In this document: positions 6,604 to 11,450 of the stretch, piece after piece | How positions within the stretch are numbered: the first letter of the stretch is position 1 | Layout of the letters: each line of letters starts with the position of its first letter | Assembly (NCBI GenBank): GCA_044356455.1 | Contig: JBIKWF010000127.1 | Coordinates: 1-11,450 of the forward strand | Source of the DNA: Bdellovibrionota bacterium | Lineage (GTDB): Bacteria > Bdellovibrionota_C > UBA2361 > JBGSMV01 | Length of the DNA: 11,450 nt | Direction: 5' to 3' | Position numbers and translations under genes: made by a program | Notes under the pieces: model-generated | What the model was told of the DNA's origin: nothing | Database searches by the model: none | The model's input: only the letters and a program-made list of their open reading frames with translations

Positions 6604-7509
6604 ATGGCGAGAAATGATGGGGTTAGAGCGAAGGGCGGCGGCCAAAGAGGGAGCCCTGGCAAGTGGTCTACAAGGCGCCATCAATCAGGCCGCCCAGACT
6701 CACGCAGTCCTGGGGGACGCCGCGAGCCTTCCTCTGCTTCAGGGCCGCTCGTCATAGGGCGCAATGCAGCCCGGGAGTTGCTTCGGCACTGCCCCAAGCG
6801 CCTTGTAAAGGCGCATGTGGCGCGGGCTCACGATGCGGGGTCCTCTCCCATAGAGAGCGAGCTGCATTCCCTGTTAGCCGCCGCGGGAAGTGAAGCGCAT
6901 CTTTCTAGTTTTGACCAGCTTACCAGATTGGCAGGAAGCGATAGTCATCAGGGCTGGGTGCTTGAAGTAACTCCGCGGCAAAATACCGAGCTTAAGGAAT
7001 TGCTGCAGTCCCTTGAGAGTGCGCCTGAGAGCCTCATCGTGCTTTTAGACTCCGTTGAGGATCCCCATAACGTGGGCAGTATTTTAAGAGCTGCCGAGTG
7101 TTTTGGTGCGGATGCGGTGGTGTATTCGAGAAATCGAGGGGCCAGCATAACGCCAAGTGTAACAAAGGCGAGTGCGGGTGCGAGTGAGCTTGTGGCGATC
7201 GCCGAGGTCTCAAATTTACATGATGCAATTGAGAAGTGTCGCCGCGCGGGGTGGTGGATTATTGGGGCAGAGTCGAGAGAGGGCGCAAGGGACCTTTCTA
7301 CCTACGAATTCGCAAAGAAGGTGGCGCTGGTCGTGGGGGCTGAAGGTCAGGGTTTGCACGCCCTTACGAGAAAGAGCCTTGATGAGGCAGTCTTTATTCC
7401 TATGCGTGGCCGGATAGATTCCTTAAATGTCGGACAGGCGGCAGCCGTTCTTATGGCGGCTTATAGAGGCGCGGCATGCGGTGGTAAGGCGGGCGCCCAC
7501 AGTAAATAG
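6604..7509 (+). CDS. rlmB: 23S rRNA (guanosine(2251)-2'-O)-methyltransferase RlmB (TrmH/SPOUT family)
   Basis: IGRNAARELL and SHQG in the N-domain. SPOUT motifs LLDSVEDPHNVGSILRAAECFG, VGAEGQGL and IPMRGRIDSLNVGQA. ATG 6604 has GAGGA upstream; the ORF-track TTG 6445 extension is unlikely. Confidence 0.92.
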   Translation: MARNDGVRAKGGGQRGSPGKWSTRRHQSGRPDSRSPGGRREPSSASGPLVIGRNAARELLRHCPKRLVKAHVARAHDAGSSPIESELHSLLAAAGSEAHLSSFDQLTRLAGSDSHQGWVLEVTPRQNTELKELLQSLESAPESLIVLLDSVEDPHNVGSILRAAECFGADAVVYSRNRGASITPSVTKASAGASELVAIAEVSNLHDAIEKCRRAGWWIIGAESREGARDLSTYEFAKKVALVVGAEGQGLHALTRKSLDEAVFIPMRGRIDSLNVGQAAAVLMAAYRGAACGGKAGAHSK

Positions 7510-7575
7510 GGTGTTTAATAACGCCGTTCCTCGCGTGATTGTAACCGCAACGGTGTGTTTGCCTTAAGTGCTGCC

Positions 7576-7651
7576 TGGACCACAAAGGGCGCGACCAACA
7601 AAAGGGCAATCAAGTCTATGCCTTCGTGTCCTCTGCGTCCTTTGTGGTCCA
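7576..7651. repeat. 76-bp inverted repeat of the 9-nt-period repeat family
   Basis: TGGACCACAAAGGGCGC (7576-7592) pairs with GCGTCCTTTGTGGTCCA (7635-7651) at 16/17 plus one G-T. The reverse complement of 7621-7648 matches 2567-2594 at 21/28. Confidence 0.75.
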
Positions 7652-7703
7652 ATGTCTACTACATACTTCCTTTGCAGTTCCTTTCTTGCTGCGAGGAGCC
7701 TCC

Positions 7704-7732
7704 TAGACATCACCCCTAACTTAAACTATCTT
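7704..7732 (+). promoter_or_regulatory. sigma70-type promoter for scpAB
   Basis: TAGACA (7704-09) - N17 - TATCTT (7727-32), 30 nt upstream of the scpA ATG. Confidence 0.5.
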
Positions 7733-7761
7733 AAAGTAGCGCCTACTTTTAGGGATGCTAC

Positions 7762-8787
7762 ATGGCTTCAAGCGAGCAGAATCCTCAAGATCTACAAGAT
7801 GCTGTCCCCTCAGGGATAATTGAGGAGGGGGTTCTCTCTTCCATGGCCCTCGCTGCCGATCAGGCCAGTTCCCCAAGTGAAGGATCAGGCCCCGTTGCGA
7901 TGATTGATCTCGGGGGAGCCCACTTCTTTGAAGTGCGTCTTGATATCTTCGACGGACCAATCGATCTCTTGCTCCACTTGGTGAAGCAGAATGAGCTCTC
8001 TATTGAGAAGATCTCTCTCTCTCAAGTTACCTCTCAGTATTTGATGTGCATCGAGGCGATGCGTTATTTCGATCTCGAGGTTGCAGGAGAGTATCTTGTA
8101 ATAGCGGCGACCTTGCTCTCTATCAAATCAAGTATTCTTCTTAATGAGCCGGTGCAGCTTGTTGACGATGGTGATGGCAACCTCATCGACCCTCACGAGG
8201 AACTCCTCAGGAAGCTTCGCGAAGCTGCGATCTACCGTGACGGAGCCAGGGCTCTCGAAGCGCGCGACTTGCTTGGTTTCGATGTGTTTCCTGCCTCGGC
8301 TTCTCTCGATGAGATTGAGCCGCCGCCCGTAAAATATAAGCCTCACGATGCGATTCTCTTAGGCAAGGCATTCAAGAAAATTATTGAGCGGCTTGAACGC
8401 GAGAAGCCAGGATTTAGTATCACCATTGAGCACGTTTCGATTGTAGAGCGCATGCGCTCCATGCTCGATATGCTCGAGAAAAACGGTGGACGCCTTGCGT
8501 TTCATGACATGTTTAAGGATTCGGCAACTAAAGGATCTGTCGTAGCTTCCTTTGTGGCAATTCTTGAGCTCTGCAAGCGCCAGGTAATTGTCGTGCAGCA
8601 GGGAGCTATCTTTGAGGAAATCTACATTGCAGTAGCTTCGAACGCGGATGCTCTTTCATCTGCTCCCGTGGCAATCACGGTTGACCGTGAGAGTCTCTCG
8701 TCGGAATTCGATATTGAGCCTGAGAAAAATGAAAAATCGGATGGCTCAGCCAGCAAAGGGGAAGGCTCTGAGGTGGTGAATAGTTGA
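7762..8787 (+). CDS. scpA: segregation/condensation protein A (kleisin)
   Basis: Motifs FDGPIDLLLHLV, AGEYLVIAATLLSIKS and VASFVAILELCK...QQGAIFEEI. Followed by scpB. Confidence 0.95.
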   Translation: MASSEQNPQDLQDAVPSGIIEEGVLSSMALAADQASSPSEGSGPVAMIDLGGAHFFEVRLDIFDGPIDLLLHLVKQNELSIEKISLSQVTSQYLMCIEAMRYFDLEVAGEYLVIAATLLSIKSSILLNEPVQLVDDGDGNLIDPHEELLRKLREAAIYRDGARALEARDLLGFDVFPASASLDEIEPPPVKYKPHDAILLGKAFKKIIERLEREKPGFSITIEHVSIVERMRSMLDMLEKNGGRLAFHDMFKDSATKGSVVASFVAILELCKRQVIVVQQGAIFEEIYIAVASNADALSSAPVAITVDRESLSSEFDIEPEKNEKSDGSASKGEGSEVVNS

Positions 8788-8907
8788 TTTTGGGAAATTG
8801 GGAGATGCGGACAGCAATTTTTGTCGCGACTTGCGCCAAGCGACCGCAGTGCGCCCACGAGTAATGTGCTCGTTCTATTCTTCGGTAGTTAATAGGGAAT
8901 CGTCGGC

Positions 8908-9903
8908 ATGCATATGACAGATCAAGATAACACCACTTCGGATGAGATTGTTTCTGATACGGGTTCAGAGAGTACCGCCTCTTCTGAAGGCGAGGTGACT
9001 TCTGAGCAGGATGCGGCGATATCCGAAGCTGTGTCTCCTAATGCCGTGACGTCTGAATCGATGCCTTCTGAGGCAGAAGATGAGTCCGCCTCTGAGGAGA
9101 ACTGCGCGGCGCAAGGCGATGCTGAGCAGGTAGTTGAGTTAGGGGCCGCAGATGTAGTGCCCGCCTCTGAGGGTGACATTTCCGAAGAAGTTTCCGCTCG
9201 TGAAGCCGCCCTTGCGGCCGCTGCTGCCTCGCTTGATGCCATCTCAACCGGAACTATTGGAATGGCCCAAGAGGATGGTCCCGAAGATCGCGCCCTGCAT
9301 GTGGGGTTGGTAGAGGCCATATTGTTCGCCAATGGTGATCCTGCGGATCTTGAAAGACTTCTCCTTATTTCGCGCCTCAATGAAGACCAGCTTCAGAGAG
9401 CTCTGTCTACCCTTAAAGAAAGAGGGAGTTCCGATGCCTCAGGGTGTGAGTTGGTGCAGGTAGCAGGGAAGTATCAACTGCGCACGAAGGCGATGTTCTC
9501 TGAATATCTTCGTGAGATTAAGGCAGAGCCGCCACGTCGCTTGAGTGCTGCGGCGCTTGAGACGCTCGCAATTGTTGCGTATCGCCAGCCCATCGTCCGA
9601 AGTGACGTTGAGAAAATCCGGGGAGTTGACTGTACCCCAACTATTAAGACGCTGCTTGAGAGAGGGCTTATTAAGATCCTTGGTCATCAAGCTTCGGTTG
9701 GTCAGCCCGCACTTTACGGGACCACGGAAGAATTTCTTAAGCTCTTTGGTCTCAATTCTCTTTCTGAGCTCCCGACTCTTAGGGATCTTCAGGAGCTTGA
9801 GCGCGACCCTGGCGAGTCAGAAGAGGTTGATGAGGAGCCGGCCTCCAGCAAGCCTGCCATGGATACCGGCGAAGACATTCGCCCGACCGCAGCCAACGCT
9901 TAG
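8908..9903 (+). CDS. scpB: SMC-Scp complex subunit ScpB
   Basis: Motifs EAILFA, VAGKYQLRTK, LSAAALETLAIVAYRQPIVRSDVEKIRGV and LYGTTEEFLKLFGLNSLSELP. The start may be 8914. Confidence 0.96.
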   Translation: MHMTDQDNTTSDEIVSDTGSESTASSEGEVTSEQDAAISEAVSPNAVTSESMPSEAEDESASEENCAAQGDAEQVVELGAADVVPASEGDISEEVSAREAALAAAAASLDAISTGTIGMAQEDGPEDRALHVGLVEAILFANGDPADLERLLLISRLNEDQLQRALSTLKERGSSDASGCELVQVAGKYQLRTKAMFSEYLREIKAEPPRRLSAAALETLAIVAYRQPIVRSDVEKIRGVDCTPTIKTLLERGLIKILGHQASVGQPALYGTTEEFLKLFGLNSLSELPTLRDLQELERDPGESEEVDEEPASSKPAMDTGEDIRPTAANA

Positions 9904-9943
9904 GCTTACCCGCTTTCAACGCCGCATGTAGTGGTACACGCAC

Positions 9944-11449
9944 CTAAGGCGCGCTCTGATAGAGCACCCCAAGAGGCGATAGCCAAGGAAGAGTTCCTGG
10001 CCACGGTGCGTTTGGCACAAGCGCTGAGGGCCCGTCCGGAGGCGGGACCAAAAAGGTTTGCATCTGCGCGTCAGCAAACGTGTTCTCGATGAGCATGTGC
10101 TCTGCAGAAAAAATGTTATGGGCTCCCGGTTGTTGGGGGTCGTCGCCAGTTCGGTAAAGACCTCCCGTGATAAGCAGCGAATCACGAATCAGGAGATGCT
10201 TCACTGGCCGATGCATGTGCAGGTTTACCGCAACCGTCCCTTGGCCGTTATCGCTGTTGTCGATAACGATCTCCCTAAATGAGCAGTCTTTGAATAGAGA
10301 CGTAAAACCGTGGAAGAAAAGCCCCTGGGCTGCGATGCTTTCGGTCGCGCTCAATTGTTGCACGATGCAGTTTTCAATTGTTCCCCCTGGCTTCCAGAGT
10401 TGCCACACGTCCGGATGTGCCCCTGTTCCGAAATCTTTGAGATCTTTGACAAGAGCGTTGGTTACCATGAGTACATTTTTAAAGGCGTCATCGGCAACAT
10501 GCTCCACTGAGCAGTTCTGAGCCATAAGCCCATTGAATGGGGTTTCACGAACATTTTTGGCGGTGCTGTTGGTGAAGATGCGAGTTGCCCAGCCCACATA
10601 CCATGAGCTTGAGGAAGGATCGTTGAAGTCACTTGACTCAAAGTGGACGCCGTCAAACCATGCGATTCCAAAATTGTTAGCGTTGCGAATGATGCCGCTC
10701 GCTCCTAACTGAGGAGCGATGGTTAGGTTTTTGAACCGCACAAGGTCTGTCCATAGTCCGTTACTCGAAGATGAGATGATGCGTGCCGCGCTCTTGGAGA
10801 CCCCAGGCGCAGGCTCAATAGTGAGATAGCGCGTGGGGTTCTTTATCTTCCATGCGTATGTGTACGTTCCTAGATTGTAATCTCCTGGCGTGAGATAAAT
10901 TGTCCCGCCCCCGACATCTCCTTCGAATACATTTCCAGCAAGGGCATGAGCCGCGCGCATAAGCGTTTTAAATGGATTATTTTGAGATCCATTTCCACTG
11001 CTATCGCTGCCTGAGGGCGAGACCCACACGGAATTTGTGGGGAGCGATCCGTCCCGATTGGAGGAGAGAAACAGGGAGTGGTTTCCTGTGGCGATGTTTG
11101 GGGTAAAGGGCCCAGCGAGTACTCGTGGCAGGCCGTTCTTAGGATATGCGATGGCGCGAATCTCGTGCTGACCATCTTGAAGAAGGCTCAAGGGTAATTG
11201 GCAGAAATATTCCTTTACGAGCGAGGAAGGATTAGTCGACGCATGGTAAACGGCAACCCAGGGACCGCCGTCAAGGCTAAATTCAACTCGGTCAATTCCT
11301 CCAAAGTGATCAGCGACAACTCCTACGAAGGTATCTTCAGAGATGGTTTGAAAGGGAACGCTGCTCCAACGTGCTATCGCCTTTTCGTTAGCGCCTGGCA
11401 TAGAGGCATCCCCGTTGATGAGGAGCTCAGAAGTTGCTGAAAAGAAACC
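9944..11449 (-). CDS. 5'-partial hypothetical protein: Ig-like domain plus right-handed beta-helix (pectin-lyase-like fold)
   Basis: The frame stays open from 11401 to the window edge (GFFSATSELLINGDAS-MPG...). IDRVEFSLDGG...DGQHEIRAIAY is Ig-like. VWVSPSGSDSSGNGSQNNPFKTL and GGTIYLTPGDY resemble beta-helix N-caps, followed by Asn-rich repeats. Confidence 0.8.
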   Translation of the reverse strand, partial: GFFSATSELLINGDASMPGANEKAIARWSSVPFQTISEDTFVGVVADHFGGIDRVEFSLDGGPWVAVYHASTNPSSLVKEYFCQLPLSLLQDGQHEIRAIAYPKNGLPRVLAGPFTPNIATGNHSLFLSSNRDGSLPTNSVWVSPSGSDSSGNGSQNNPFKTLMRAAHALAGNVFEGDVGGGTIYLTPGDYNLGTYTYAWKIKNPTRYLTIEPAPGVSKSAARIISSSSNGLWTDLVRFKNLTIAPQLGASGIIRNANNFGIAWFDGVHFESSDFNDPSSSSWYVGWATRIFTNSTAKNVRETPFNGLMAQNCSVEHVADDAFKNVLMVTNALVKDLKDFGTGAHPDVWQLWKPGGTIENCIVQQLSATESIAAQGLFFHGFTSLFKDCSFREIVIDNSDNGQGTVAVNLHMHRPVKHLLIRDSLLITGGLYRTGDDPQQPGAHNIFSAEHMLIENTFADAQMQTFLVPPPDGPSALVPNAPWPGTLPWLSPLGVLYQSAP

Positions 11450-11450
11450 A

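Noticed and set aside
7521..7560. ACGCCGTT...AACGGTGT stem after rlmB as a terminator
   Set aside because: Large interrupted loop and only a short T-run; too weak to call.
8922..9380. 152-aa Ser/Ala-rich minus-strand ORF and other short ORFs nested in the called genes
   Set aside because: Antisense or alternate-frame shadows of well-supported CDSs.
7762..9903. Wadjet/MksBEF-type defence system
   Set aside because: The proteins carry canonical ScpA/ScpB motifs, with no adjacent SMC-like ATPase or JetD/Toprim nuclease.

Overview
Bacterial chromosomal window (roughly 50-55% GC by eye) of mostly housekeeping genes. On the minus strand is a threonine-catabolism cluster: SDR-type L-threonine 3-dehydrogenase, kbl and a single-domain response regulator. 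There is also a lone tatA, a ZitP-like zinc-ribbon/TM/DUF3426-type membrane protein, rlmB, scpA-scpB with long acidic extensions, a small low-complexity orphan, and a 5'-truncated Ig-like/beta-helix protein. I found no tRNA, rRNA, CRISPR array, transposase or integrase. The unusual signal is intergenic, where most larger spacers hold a small palindromic element: (i) a 74-bp CTAG-bounded palindrome with an NrdR-box-like core, (ii) a dispersed family of 9-nt-period inverted repeats (two clear loci, one weak), one inside IS5-like ends, (iii) a GTAG-type REP hairpin, and (iv) a hairpin plus IHF-like sites in the divergent zitP-like/rlmB spacer. I cannot support a novel multi-gene system here; the best leads are these non-autonomous repeat elements and the uncharacterised proteins. 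All family assignments come from motif recognition by eye, not database searches.
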